From NCBI GenBank assembly GCA_002245135.1, contig NGBS01000880.1, positions 62,001-126,000 of the forward strand: a DNA stretch of 64,000 nt, written 5' to 3'. The notes below the pieces were generated by a model. It had not been told where the DNA came from, ran no database searches, and saw only the letters and a list, made by a program, of their open reading frames with translations. Position 1 is the stretch's first letter. Every line of letters begins with the position of its first letter. This DNA is from Proteromonas lacertae (taxonomy: Eukaryota). The position numbers and the translations under genes were made by a program. Positions 11,919 through 23,606 of this stretch are shown here, in pieces.

Positions 11919-13990
11919 CTAATTAAAGACATTATTATAATTATCATACATATTTCTAACAGCTTCACTTTCATTTGGTTCACGATTCATTGAGTATGGA
12001 ACTGAATACAATTTGGTTAAATAACATCTTTTAATATCAAATATAGTAAATACTAATTTATGTACACGAACTGTATACAACACTTGCTTTGCACTTCTGA
12101 AGCTGTATTGATCCACATATATATTTTGTAAATCTCTACTATCTAAGATATTGGTGTAATAGTCATAATCACATGTCTTTACTCTATAACCTTTAGAAAC
12201 ACCTTTCGCTCTTGAATCAGATTTAAACAAGTGTATAGGTCCATCCACTCTTTGTTTCTCATAAGCATACATCTTTGCTTTCAATCCACAGAATCTTGTT
12301 ATTGTATATAATTGATCACTTTTTTTTTCTTCTATTTTAAGTAAGTTCAGTTCACCTGTTCTTTGATAGTTTTGAAATCTGATTCCTCTTTGCTTTAGAT
12401 AATCGCAATTAATATTACCAGTATCCATACAACCTTGAATTGATAAATCACAGCAATATCTCTGTAAAAGTCTTTTGTAACAACTCTAAATATAAAAGAG
12501 TCTGTATCTGTCATCAGTAAAGAAATACCATCTCTATATTTTCTGTACAACTGTCCATACCAAAACTTTGCCATTAGATACTTTCTACTCAAATCACATA
12601 TTATTCTTGGAGTGTTATTCTTCAATTCTCCATTCTTATCCACCATACCTAATTCTATAGCCCATTGCTTCTGTTCTTGTTATAAGTCTTTGAAATATAT
12701 CATCTTTCTTTCAGGGAATAAAGGATACTCTGAAAACCCACAAAGATCTGGTGGATCTATATCAACTTCTAATATATAACCTCTACTCTCTGGATCCTTC
12801 CATAACTTCTGATCTTCTGAATTTGGAGAATGTGCTATATCTTCATAAGGTTTCATATTTCGAATGACATCCACATATATTTCTGGTTTCTCCCATCTAA
12901 AATCTTTATATGGTAATTTCATTGATGCCATTGTAGAAGGATATAGAGAATTATAATCAACATATACAATATAAGATTCTCTTTTTGTTGGAATAGCATG
13001 ATCATCTTCAAAGAATGGTGGATCCATATAATGGTTTTTAGCTTCTGTTTTCTCATTGATCCAATCATGAATATACCTCCAATCAATCCTTTACGAATGA
13101 AATCATACTTGTCTTGATCAGCTAACAACTCAATCTTTACATTACACCTTCTTAGAAAGATAGACCATGCTAAACCTGGACAACTAACATGCCAACATGG
13201 ATCCAATATAAAATGAGTAAACACCACATTTCTAAAATGATCAAACACACTAGTAAGCGTTAATACATCCATTGCAAGATAAAACAAGTTGTATACCATT
13301 AGATCATTCATATCCAATAACTTCCGCATGATCAACATATTCATAAGGGAAGTGACCCTTCTGCAACCCCCATTTCATGATAAAATCATTCACTGTCCAA
13401 TCATGGTCTTTCAAACACTTTTGTATCTTTGGATCTTATCTTTGGATGGAATAACTTTTCATACTCACCACCTGATTCAGCTTCTATCTTTAAGGATTGA
13501 ACTATACTATCTAGTGATGAAGACATGAACTGAAAACTATCAATGAAGTGTAGTTTCAATCAGTCTTTAATAGAACTGATAACTTTGATCTATGTTATTG
13601 GTTGAGATGTAACTATGTTTCCCATTTCTTCTTCTAAACCATGATCTTCAGCTGTTCTTGGTGATAAGTATTCTTCTCTACTATGTAACATATAATATAA
13701 CTCATTAAAAGCTTCTTCGTTGTTGAGATCATTTTCATCTACTATTTCAATTGTATTTGGTGGTTCTATTGGTAATGGTATATCTTCTTCATCTTCATAA
13801 TCTTCTTGAGTTGATATATCTACAAATCTATTTTCTTATTCCTCTTCTTGTTTCTTTTCTTCTTCAATACCTCTATTATATTCATCTTATCTTTCATCAA
13901 CAGTTGTATTTGGTGCTGGTATTGATGGTTGTACTGGTTGCACTGGTTGTTGTAGTTGTTGTTCTAATGATGCATTCCACTCTGCTTCCA
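11919..13990 (-). pseudogene. Protein-primed family B DNA polymerase (Polinton pPolB), fragmented, motif B region missing
   Basis: LHFIDSFQFMSSSL, KGHFPYEY, YLAMDV, YVDYNSLYP, MTDTDSF, GLKAKMYAY, AKGVSK; in-frame acidic extension with stops up to the HYDIN junction near 13990. Confidence 0.92.
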
Positions 13991-13991
13991 T

Positions 13992-14958
13992 TTCTTTCTA
14001 TTCCGAAATTCACTAGTAAATTACCTATGTTAGTTATTGTAAATGTCTTCGTCTTGCAATCAATTCGAACTACATAACCAAAATCTACTACAACCTAAAT
14101 GTAAATTAGATATTTTCTTATTCGCCATTTTTGTTGTTTTGCCTGTTTTATTACTGATATTTGTTAAACCAGTTTCAGGTCTTGCTGTGGTTTTATCAAC
14201 TACTCCTTCAGTTTTTGAACCATTTACAGATGTTCCATTTATTTCTTTCTCTTTTCGAGCTAAACATAAATCAGCTGGATTTTGATTGTTTATTTCATCT
14301 AATAATAAATCAATATAATATAATCTTAATGCTTCAAATTCTCTATCAACTGTGATTTGTAATACTGTTGTATTCTTTCCTGAAGGTAATTTGTTCGTAT
14401 TTGTTCGTATTTATCATTCTGTTGTGAATTCTTACTTCTGACAGAAACTGATTTTTGACTATTTACTCTTGCAGATCACTGTTTCTTGTTTTCATCTTTT
14501 TCTTTTTCTTTAGATTTTTCTTCTTCTGCATTTGTATTTGCTATTGTTGGTTCTTCACTATGTGGTGCTATTTCTCCTTCTATTTTTGGTTCTGGTGGTA
14601 ATTCTTTTAACCATGTGTTGGCGAATTAACTGGAACTCCATCTACAATTATTGGCTTTTCAGCTTCAACTGGTTTTTCTTTTTCTTCTTCTGTTGATGGT
14701 TGTTCTTGCTGTTGTTGTTGTCTTGATTCTTCTCCTTCAGTATTTACTATATTATTACTACTTTCATCTATTGAGGATTCTACTACTTCAGGTAAAGATG
14801 GTTGTTGTTTGATTGGTGATGGTAAAGCTGGGAATGATAATGGATATTCAGTATTGGATAATTCAATCAATCTATCAGCTTCTTCCAAGTAATGTTCCCT
14901 ATTATCTGGTATTCAGCATCATTCACTTTGATATTTGCATAAATACCTGTTATATAAA
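13992..14958 (-). pseudogene. HYDIN: HYDIN-like fragment, near-identical duplicate of 42123-43083
   Basis: Long nucleotide identity; ORF 14607-14888 matches ORF 42757-43014. Confidence 0.85.
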
Positions 14959-14959
14959 G

Positions 14960-15337
14960 TGGACAATCTAGGTTCAGAAATATATCCGTAATAGGATCTA
15001 TTCATAAATATCCTAAATTACCTTGCTTTGCATATCTAAATGGTCAATTATATGCCATAATAAAACAGTTTCTTTTATTAGCTATCCTTCTTATCCATAT
15101 GGACCTGGTTTTCTTTTAAAAACAACTTCATTGAAATGTATATCATCGTATATAAAACAAGAAAAGAGATTAATTTGGATTGAAGATGCTATGTTTGGAG
15201 ATATAATGAATTACTGTAGATTAAAATATTTAGATATATCCAAAAGAACAGAAATATCGTACAAGCCTAAGAATAATTTAAAAGATCTTCGCAACTAAGT
15301 ACATCCAATTGAAATACTGTTTAACACATTACAATGA
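14960..15337 (+). pseudogene. GT31 (beta-1,3-galactosyltransferase-like) C-terminal fragment
   Basis: SKW..., YPSYPYGPGFLL, WIEDAMFG, VHP after an internal stop; 5' part absent. Confidence 0.65.
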
Positions 15338-15359
15338 AGAATAACATATAAATATTTAA

Positions 15360-16691
15360 ATGGATATATTTAAATATTTTATACTTCTAATAATGTTATT
15401 CTTATTTTTAGATTCTTTAAAAAATTATAAGTATATATCAAATGTCAAATGTATTGGATTAGATTATAATAGAACATGTATGTATAGCAACATATTCTAT
15501 GATAAAGGAAATTGGATTGTATTTAATATACCAAAATATAAAATGAAATGCGTTGCAATTAGATGTAAGAATAGTGATTATTGTTACAAACCTAAAAATT
15601 CATTAAAAAGAAGAAATTATGATAAAATTATAAAAGGTATATCTGTCTATATAGAATTATTCTATCCTGAAAATATAGGACATCTATTATGGGATGATTT
15701 GTACTCATTATATCTATCATTAATCAAGTTTAATTATAATATGACTCCTTTTACTATAATTATAGCAAAATATAATAGCGGATGGAAAAGAAATAAGGAG
15801 ACTAAAATATATGAAAAATTTTCAATGAGAAAACTAATATATGAAAATGAAATGAAAAATAATATCTATTTATTTGAAAAATTAGTAGTTGGATTAGCTC
15901 ATCATTGTCAAAGATGCATAAATAAAGATTACTCAATAGCAGGAGGAAAAGAATATAAAGCTACATGGTGGATGAGAAAAAGGATGTATTTTGTATTTAA
16001 TATATCAGTTTGCATTAACAAATATGCTATTATTGTAGATAATAAAAGATATTTAAAAAATGAGAAGGTAATTTTAAATTCTTTAGTAAGTGGTCAGTAT
16101 TTCAATATTAGTATTAAATATGTAAATTGGAAAAATTATCCAAGATTTTTAGATCAACTGAAAATACTAAGCTGCACAAATTTATATATATCTGGACCAG
16201 GAACTGGATTGCTTAATTTTCCATTTATGTCTGATCCTGGCGTTATTGTTAATTTAGGTGGCTTGTCTAAAGGATGCCCTACTTTTATGGAGCAATATAT
16301 AGAAGAAGGCTCTATGCATTTTATTTCATTATATTATCCTTCAAACAAAAGAATATATGGATTAAAAAGAGATGAGCTATATAAGATAATTACAAAAGCA
16401 ATATATATATTGAATAATTGGAATACTTATTTGATGAATCACGAAAATAATCTAAATATTGAAGGTAATATATTTAGATATATATCATATATAAAGCCTA
16501 ATTTAATGGAGTTGTTTTTATTAGAAACAGATTGGAGTAAAATAAATGGAAAAGGTGTATGGGCAGAAAAACTGATTTACTTTCCTTATAGTTTTAATAT
16601 AACCTATATTACTGATATAGTATTGAATGTAACAACGTTATTTAGCTCTGAATTAGGCTGTAGAATTAGTAAAAGTCATGAGATTTGGTAA
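15360..16691 (+). CDS. GT61/DUF563-like glycosyltransferase, type II membrane
   Basis: N-terminal TM; NIGHLLWDDLYSLY; FLDQLKILS..LYISGPGTGLLNFPFM. Confidence 0.75.
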   Translation: MDIFKYFILLIMLFLFLDSLKNYKYISNVKCIGLDYNRTCMYSNIFYDKGNWIVFNIPKYKMKCVAIRCKNSDYCYKPKNSLKRRNYDKIIKGISVYIELFYPENIGHLLWDDLYSLYLSLIKFNYNMTPFTIIIAKYNSGWKRNKETKIYEKFSMRKLIYENEMKNNIYLFEKLVVGLAHHCQRCINKDYSIAGGKEYKATWWMRKRMYFVFNISVCINKYAIIVDNKRYLKNEKVILNSLVSGQYFNISIKYVNWKNYPRFLDQLKILSCTNLYISGPGTGLLNFPFMSDPGVIVNLGGLSKGCPTFMEQYIEEGSMHFISLYYPSNKRIYGLKRDELYKIITKAIYILNNWNTYLMNHENNLNIEGNIFRYISYIKPNLMELFLLETDWSKINGKGVWAEKLIYFPYSFNITYITDIVLNVTTLFSSELGCRISKSHEIW

Positions 16692-16736
16692 ATGTTTCTT
16701 TGATATAGTGTTTTTTAATATGTTTAATAAAAATAT

Positions 16737-16990
16737 TCATAATACTTCCACATTAATAATTTCTCTATTTTCATCTTCATCGCTTCCTACATTACGTTCT
16801 TGTTCTCTCTTATTTCTCTCAACTAATTCAAACTTTAATCTCATAATGTTATTATTAGTATCTGTGTTTAATCTATTTCTCCTGTATGAATATATTACGC
16901 TTTCGATGGAGAAAATTCTCTCAATAAAAGAGCTTGAACAGTGAACATGGCATTGTTGATATAATGTCATAGATTTTCTCTAAATTTCTA
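16737..16990 (-). mobile_element. hAT transposase C-terminal dimerisation remnant
   Basis: SSSFIERIFS...RRNRL...IMRL. Confidence 0.65.
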
Positions 16991-17344
16991 AAGTATATCT
17001 CATATGTTGTAAAGCATATATCAGTTGAAATAATTTCACGAAAAATGGAAGAAGCTGAATATTGTATGACATTAAAAATGTAAGAACTTTAGTTAATCAA
17101 ACATTGTTTTTTCTACATTTTATTTGTAAATGGGGATATATTTCATTAAACTATTAAGAGTTATCTAAGTGGTATAAGTGTGTTAAATATTATTCATAGA
17201 TATGGCAAATATGGCTTAAATGGATTTTTGAAAGATATTATTTAGGATATACAAAAATGATTTGAGTATAGTATGTAATACTCAATATTCATCTATTATA
17301 ATAAGTATTATGAATGTTTTCTCAACCAAATTGAAAAATATTGT

Positions 17345-18304
17345 ATGAAATTAATTATCACTTATATGTTTATAATTATTATACTTTTTATTGTCTACAA
17401 AATAATAAATGTGAGAAGAAAATATCCATTTAAACATGTTTATGTCATGCTTACAGTATTTATGAGAAATAATTTATTAAAACAATTAAATTTAATACTT
17501 AAGCAATCAATTGTGTATAATTACAACATACATATAATCGTATTTCAAAGTGGAATATATAATAACATATCAGTTGCTTTGCATTGCTGGAAAATGAAAC
17601 ATAATTTTGATGTTACTTTTATTCATTCTACTCTAGAAACTGGTTTTTATGGTAGATTTTTAGGTCCTTTAGTATCTTATACTACAGAAAATTCTTATTT
17701 TATAATAATTGATGATGATGTGATGTGGGGTAGTAAATATTTTGAAAATATGATAAGAGTAGTAGATTCAGGATCACTAGCTGTAAGAATGGGTAGATTG
17801 ATATCAAGTAAATCTAAAGAACTAACAGTAGAAAATATTTGGAAAGTTAATTTACCTGTAAGTTATAATGAAGATATAGAATATGATTTTGGTGGACATA
17901 TGTGGGCAGGTAAAATAAAATGGATTAGAAATGTGTGGAAGTATCCTCCTCCTACAATTCATACATCAGAAGATTTTTGGATAAGTGCAGTATTAAAGGT
18001 ATATTATAATATAACCACAAAAAAGCCAATGTGTCCCTCAAGCGTTATTCCAATTAAACCTGATTTTTGTGCTTGTTCAGATAAAACACAAAACGCAAAT
18101 AAGCACGAACCTTTACATTTAGGTGGAAAAGTTATTCACGAAGACAGAGCATTTGCTATAAATTTGATAAGACAAACATATAAAGTTCCTTTGCTATTAG
18201 ATTCTGACCCTAATATTATTGGAAAAATAAGAAAGAAATACATTTATAATACAACATTTATAGTTGAAGAAGATTATTTAAAGAATTGTTTGTATTATGT
18301 ATAG
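17345..18304 (+). CDS. GT-A fold glycosyltransferase, type II membrane
   Basis: N-terminal TM; IIDDDVMWG (DxD); SEDFWIS. Confidence 0.7.
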   Translation: MKLIITYMFIIIILFIVYKIINVRRKYPFKHVYVMLTVFMRNNLLKQLNLILKQSIVYNYNIHIIVFQSGIYNNISVALHCWKMKHNFDVTFIHSTLETGFYGRFLGPLVSYTTENSYFIIIDDDVMWGSKYFENMIRVVDSGSLAVRMGRLISSKSKELTVENIWKVNLPVSYNEDIEYDFGGHMWAGKIKWIRNVWKYPPPTIHTSEDFWISAVLKVYYNITTKKPMCPSSVIPIKPDFCACSDKTQNANKHEPLHLGGKVIHEDRAFAINLIRQTYKVPLLLDSDPNIIGKIRKKYIYNTTFIVEEDYLKNCLYYV

Positions 18305-18821
18305 ATAGCTTAGAGAGATCATCAAATGAATATTCATATCTTTAAAAGTAACAATAAAAAATTTATTAATATTAAGTATATCAATATTCTTTTATTATAT
18401 TTTATCTAGCTATTATATAGATGGAATTAGATTATATGATAAATCTGTATAAATTAACAGAATTATTGAAAATTTAGGATATAGGCATGTTTTACTGTCA
18501 TATAAAAAACTATAATTCATTAATAACTCAATAACGATTATTGAACTTATAGTATTGTCTCAATCCTTCTTTTGAATCAATTATTCTTGAATTTATAAAT
18601 ATAAAACCTATCTCTTTTGCTAAATCATATTCAAAAACATTATTTCAAAGTTCATTTTGCCTTTAGATATTCCTCTAATAGATCGATTATATTTATTTTT
18701 ATTTTGTTACAACTATTTCTATGATAATATAATCGATTATCTCAAAGAAATACTGTCATATTGTATCATAATATAAACATGATTAAAAAATGCTTAATAT
18801 AAATATTTAGTATTATTATAC

Positions 18822-19664
18822 TTAAATAATAAAAGAAATTTTGTTATGATCAACTCTCCATGTTTTATCTATCAATTGACTATTGGTGGAATTAGAATTA
18901 ACATAATCCCTATTTGTTTTACCTTTTATTAATTCGTCTAAGCTTGATCCAAAATCAATATATCTATTTTTTATATTTGCATTTTTCATATGCCATATTA
19001 ACACAGGAGCTAATGGTCCTATTGAAAACATAAACATGTAATTATTATATTTTTTAGCTATTAGAGTTACATTTTTTATTACTTTATCATAATTACTTTC
19101 ATAATATGATACAATAGACTTTGGAAAATAATAAACAGATTTTGCAAATGAAGTGTATTTTGCGTCTTCATTACAGAATAGGATTATGCTATTCTCTTCA
19201 TCATGTGTTAAAGATTCAAATAGCAGCTTTGTTTTGGGATAATTTTTATTAACAAATATATTTGATGTTGTAAAATAATTTGAAGGTTGATTACTCCACC
19301 TTAAGAACTGATATAAGTATCTATAATATACTCCATAATAGCAGTTTCCATTCTTAGGACATTTTAGGGATTTATATAGCTCTTCTTTTATTTTACATTC
19401 ACCTCCTTTATATTGGAAGTTATCAATTCCATCCACTTTTATACCAGCCATTATCATATATTCTCCATCTCCAAACCTACTGACAGAAATATTACTCTTT
19501 TCATCCACTATCTGATTAGCTAATTCATACCACATTTGATAATAAGTTTTTGATATAAAGCTAGATTTAACAATTTTCCTTTTCTTTAGTGTTGAATTTT
19601 TATACGAAAAATAGAATAGAATAAATAAAATCATACACAATACATTTAATATAAATCCATACAT
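18822..19664 (-). CDS. GT-D fold/DUF1792-like glycosyltransferase, type II membrane
   Basis: SVSRFGDGEY, SIGPLAPVL, IDFGSSLD; probable start MYGF at 19664. Confidence 0.75.
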   Translation of the reverse strand: MYGFILNVLCMILFILFYFSYKNSTLKKRKIVKSSFISKTYYQMWYELANQIVDEKSNISVSRFGDGEYMIMAGIKVDGIDNFQYKGGECKIKEELYKSLKCPKNGNCYYGVYYRYLYQFLRWSNQPSNYFTTSNIFVNKNYPKTKLLFESLTHDEENSIILFCNEDAKYTSFAKSVYYFPKSIVSYYESNYDKVIKNVTLIAKKYNNYMFMFSIGPLAPVLIWHMKNANIKNRYIDFGSSLDELIKGKTNRDYVNSNSTNSQLIDKTWRVDHNKISFII

Positions 19665-19702
19665 AATTACATTTAATAATATATTAATCTGATACAAAAG
19701 AA

Positions 19703-20573
19703 TTGTATATGTTATATATATGGATTTTGTTGGCATATTTTTCACTATATATTCATTTTATTGCATATAAATGTAATTTATATGTGGAGCTATCAGCAGC
19801 AACGTTGTCTTATATTTTCTATTTACCTATTGTAGTAAAATCATGGAATATGAACGGTTATACTGCTATAGTAATAATTCTTTATCATTGTATAAACAAC
19901 AAAATAATATATATATCTAATATACTAAAAAGTTTAGGAAATGAAGTAATTTTAGAAAAGTTTAATATGTCTATGTCTTTAAATTATGCTTCAAAGTTAT
20001 CTAGAATATATGGCTTTATAATTAGTAATAGAGTTAAAATGAATGATTATTTGATATTATCTGATGCTGATATGATTCCTGTATCTAAATCATTTTTTTC
20101 TGATTTCAATTATAATAAATTCACTATCAAATCGCAAAATGAAAAAGGTTATGGTTATGGAAATAGCAAAGGAAGATGGACAATCTGTTATATGATTGCT
20201 AATAAATTCATATGGAAAGACATATTAAACGACGATATTAAGTATAATAATATAAAAGTAATTTTAGAAAACGTAATGAAAAATCAATTTAGTAAAGGTA
20301 AAAAATATTTTGAAAGTTTTGATTATATTGATGAAGTGTATTTGCGAGATAAAATCAAGGTAGAAATTGGAACAATACTAGAATTGATAGGTGTAGATGG
20401 CCAAAGAATATTTCTTTAATAAATAAGTCTAGCATCATTGACATTCATCTTCCTAGATTAGATAATAATGAAGAAAAAATATGGAAATTACACATAATGC
20501 CATTGCAACAATATTTATATAACTATACACCATTTGGGATGGATTATATTCAACATATACTGTCTCTTAATTG
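19703..20573 (+). pseudogene. Putative GT-A-like glycosyltransferase, frameshifted near 20362
   Basis: TM; LSDADMIP; DEVYL; shifted frame continues RIDRCRWP...IDIHLPR. Confidence 0.55.
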
Positions 20574-21249
20574 ATATTTAGAAAATATTTATTATACTTT
20601 CTATTTATTATATGTGATTCATCTTAGATTATATTATAGAATTACTTGTGGTTCTGAAGTCATTTTACTACGCTGATGAACTTGCAAGTTGTAAGGGCCT
20701 TTGATGAACTTGAGGTTCTAGCTAGTTGTGGATTTCTCAAAGGTCTTGAAGATCATGATAAGCAATATTGGGAGGCTTCTAAAAGGTATGATTTGTTACT
20801 ATACTTAGGAACAACCTGACAATTTCATATTAGTTTTACAAGCCATCAAGTCTGACATTTATGTAACCACTCTTTCCAAAAAACATACTTATTCGAGCCT
20901 CAAGCTCTAATTTTTGTTTTATAATTCCTTAAATAATTTCATCTCATAAACACACATTTGAAAAGAATTTTATAGACAATTCGTTACATAAATTTAACTG
21001 ATGATTCATATAATATTCTTATATAACGCTTCTATACACCACGATAAAGATATACAGTCAAACTCTTTTATATCGAACTATTTTTGAGTTTTTTTTAATA
21101 TATCATTTAACATAATTTATGTGTTTCTGGGATAAGTTAGTAATGTCAAAAAAATTCATTTAGAATTATTGTAAGTAAATTAAATATATTATGCATATAT
21201 AGCTATATGATAGTATCATTAAAGAGAAATATTAACATATATACAAGAA

Positions 21250-21379
21250 AAGTGAAGGTCATAGAAGGTCAATAGGAGGTCAACTAATAGTTAGTATAAG
21301 GAAGGTAAAGGTCAAGCTAAAGATATAGGTTTTGACCTATAGGCAAACCTATATTTTTTGACCGAAAAATACAACACTG
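21250..21379. mobile_element. hAT-family terminus abutting viral block C
   Basis: AGGTCA subterminal repeats; TATAGGTTTTGACCTAT; end ...ATACAACACTG resembles the TIR of 30870-31860. Confidence 0.65.
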
Positions 21380-21446
21380 AATAAAAACATTATCAAAAAT
21401 AAAAATATTATCAAAAAGAAGAATATAAAGATAAAGAATATTATTA

Positions 21447-22013
21447 TTAAGCTTCATTTAATAAATTTTCAAATATATTAACTACATCTTTTCTGTTAAC
21501 TAAAGCGCTTGTTCCACCTACACCTGGAATTTTATTTATTTTAACACTAGCATCAGCTATACCTTTTACTAATTTTTCATAATCTGGTCTATTGCTGTTT
21601 GTGTACATCATTGAGCCAAATAAATGTTGGTCGTCCAATTCTCTTTGGTTAGTAGCAATAGGATTAGCCATATTATTTCCTATTTTTAAATCGCTAACAT
21701 ATTGCTGATCTTTTATTCTATCCCTTTCTAACATTTCTTGCATAAGAGATAATTTTTTAATTTCAGAATTATTTTCATCTTTTTTAGCTTCATTTAATTT
21801 ACCTATTTTATGTTTTATTTGATCTATTTGTGCATCTCTTAAATTATTTCTATTTTCTACTTCATCTTTTGCTGTTGATGTTAAATAGTTTTGATATAAA
21901 TTTTGATCATATCTGTAATGATCATATGTAGAATTTTTCTTCATACCTCTAATTTTCTTCGTTATTTTCTTTTTAATTAAGCGTTGTATGTTCTTTTTAA
22001 GATATTTACGCAT
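21447..22013 (-). CDS. Hypothetical viral protein, counterpart of 2335-2928
   Basis: Basic N-terminus, coiled coil, PGVGG; synteny. Confidence 0.55.
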   Translation of the reverse strand: MRKYLKKNIQRLIKKKITKKIRGMKKNSTYDHYRYDQNLYQNYLTSTAKDEVENRNNLRDAQIDQIKHKIGKLNEAKKDENNSEIKKLSLMQEMLERDRIKDQQYVSDLKIGNNMANPIATNQRELDDQHLFGSMMYTNSNRPDYEKLVKGIADASVKINKIPGVGGTSALVNRKDVVNIFENLLNEA

Positions 22014-22151
22014 ATTTTATTAATTTAATACAAAAATAGAAAAAAACAAATACAAAAGCAAAAAGAGAAATATAAATAATAGTCAAAATAAAGATTTTAG
22101 ATATAATAAGGATCAATAGGAGTAGTTACAATTTCTCTTCCATTAATATCA

Positions 22152-22688
22152 TTAGGAATAATTTCTTTTTGATTTCATATATTTCTTTTCATATTTAGAT
22201 AATTTTTCTTGTACTTCATTACAATATGCTTGTAATTCTTTCTTTGTCATTCTAGATAAAGGAACACTATCTTCACCTTTTTTTGGTCTTCCACGACCTC
22301 TTTTACTAGGAGGTTCATCTAATTTATTACTCTTACCTCCAGAATGACTATGTTTAGATTTTCTAATTTCTATATCCTTAACGCCTTTTCTTTTAGGTTT
22401 TTCACAATATTTTTTAGACTTTTTAGATTTGCTATTACTATTATTACCATTTCCAACAATATTTTTTATTTTATCTTTATATAGAACATATTCATCTGGA
22501 TGTTCTGTTTTTAAATAAGTCTTAATTGTCTCATATAAGAGAGCATTGTCAGAACCATTCTTAATTTTATCGAGATCATCATCTCCTGACTCAGTACTTT
22601 CAGATGAATAACTCATTCTATCATCCTCTTCCTCTGATTCTGAAGAATAAGATCCTTGTGATTGAGAGTCATGTTCGCTATCACTCAT
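22152..22688 (-). CDS. Acidic/basic protein with AT-hook (KRGRGRPKK)
   Basis: AT-hook core RGRP visible; viral block C. Confidence 0.6.
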   Translation of the reverse strand: MSDSEHDSQSQGSYSSESEEEDDRMSYSSESTESGDDDLDKIKNGSDNALLYETIKTYLKTEHPDEYVLYKDKIKNIVGNGNNSNSKSKKSKKYCEKPKRKGVKDIEIRKSKHSHSGGKSNKLDEPPSKRGRGRPKKGEDSVPLSRMTKKELQAYCNEVQEKLSKYEKKYMKSKRNYS

Positions 22689-22800
22689 AATATATATTTA
22701 TATTTTATTTTATTTATGAAAAATAATAATAATAATAATAATCAAACAAATAATAATAATAGTAATATAATAATAATAAACATTATTAGCAATATTATTT

Positions 22801-23121
22801 TTATGCTCCAGGCACTTTAGTTTTCAAATATGCACTTAATAATGCTTGTTGGTTAGCACCTCCATTAAAAGGCAATCTAGCGCCTCCTCTTCTTCTATGT
22901 CTTCTTCTTCTTCCTAAGCCCATCATAGCTAAGCCATTGCCTACATCATTGTAGCCTAACTCTCTAGCCACTTTAGAGGCTATTTTGTAGTCTTTTGCCC
23001 AATTGAAGGCCTTGCTTGCACCACTTTTGATCTTACCCCATATTGACTTTAAAGAACCACCTCTTCTACGTCTACCTCTTCTAGCATGTCTTCTACGATG
23101 TCTTCTGCCACCTAAAACCAT
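22801..23121 (-). CDS. Arg-rich core-like protein with GG sites and pVI-like amphipathic helix
   Basis: MVLGG|RRHRRR..RRGG|SLKSIWGKIKSGASKAFNW..MGLG|RRRR..RGG|ARLPFNGG|A. Confidence 0.8.
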   Translation of the reverse strand: MVLGGRRHRRRHARRGRRRRGGSLKSIWGKIKSGASKAFNWAKDYKIASKVARELGYNDVGNGLAMMGLGRRRRHRRRGGARLPFNGGANQQALLSAYLKTKVPGA

Positions 23122-23180
23122 TTTGATTATGTTATTTTAAAAAAAGATTAAAAAAGTAAGAAATAAGTAGAATAATTATT

Positions 23181-23606
23181 TTAGAGAGCTCTTATTTTAT
23201 TATCTATATAACGATTATCAAGATTATTAGTACTACTTCTTCTTCTTCTATATCTTCTTCTTCTTCTTCTACCACCTGTTGAAATTCCTTCTTTTCTAAG
23301 ACAAGAAGAAGGTCCACCTGATTTTATGTGTAATAACTTATTTCCTGATTTATTGCCATATTTTTTAATTATTTCTGACCAATTAGTAGCACCACCTCTT
23401 CTACTTCTTCTTCTTCTTCTCTTACGTCCATAACCTACATTACTTACTACATTACCTAGTGCTGGTCCTACACCAGGTATTAAACTAGCAGCTGTAGATA
23501 ATATCTTAGTTTTCTTTAAAAAGCCTTTCACACCATCCCAAAACTTACCTTTTCCTATAACATATCTTCTACAACATTTTATTTTATTGCTTCTTCTTTA
23601 TACCAT
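23181..23606 (-). pseudogene. Second Arg-rich core-like protein (ATG 23606, early in-frame stop)
   Basis: GKG|KFWDGVKGFLKKTKILSTAASLIPGVG..VGYG|RKRR..RRGG|ATNW..STGG|RRRR. Confidence 0.7.

Noticed and set aside
7830..13990. Alternative genetic code or programmed frameshifting explaining the broken ORFs
   Set aside because: Breaks mix TAA, TAG, TGA, indels and large deletions, while long intact ORFs read in the standard code
14960..20573. Glycosyltransferases as giant-virus (NCLDV) cargo
   Set aside because: No NCLDV core genes seen; type II anchors and an intron in a similar nearby gene favour host origin
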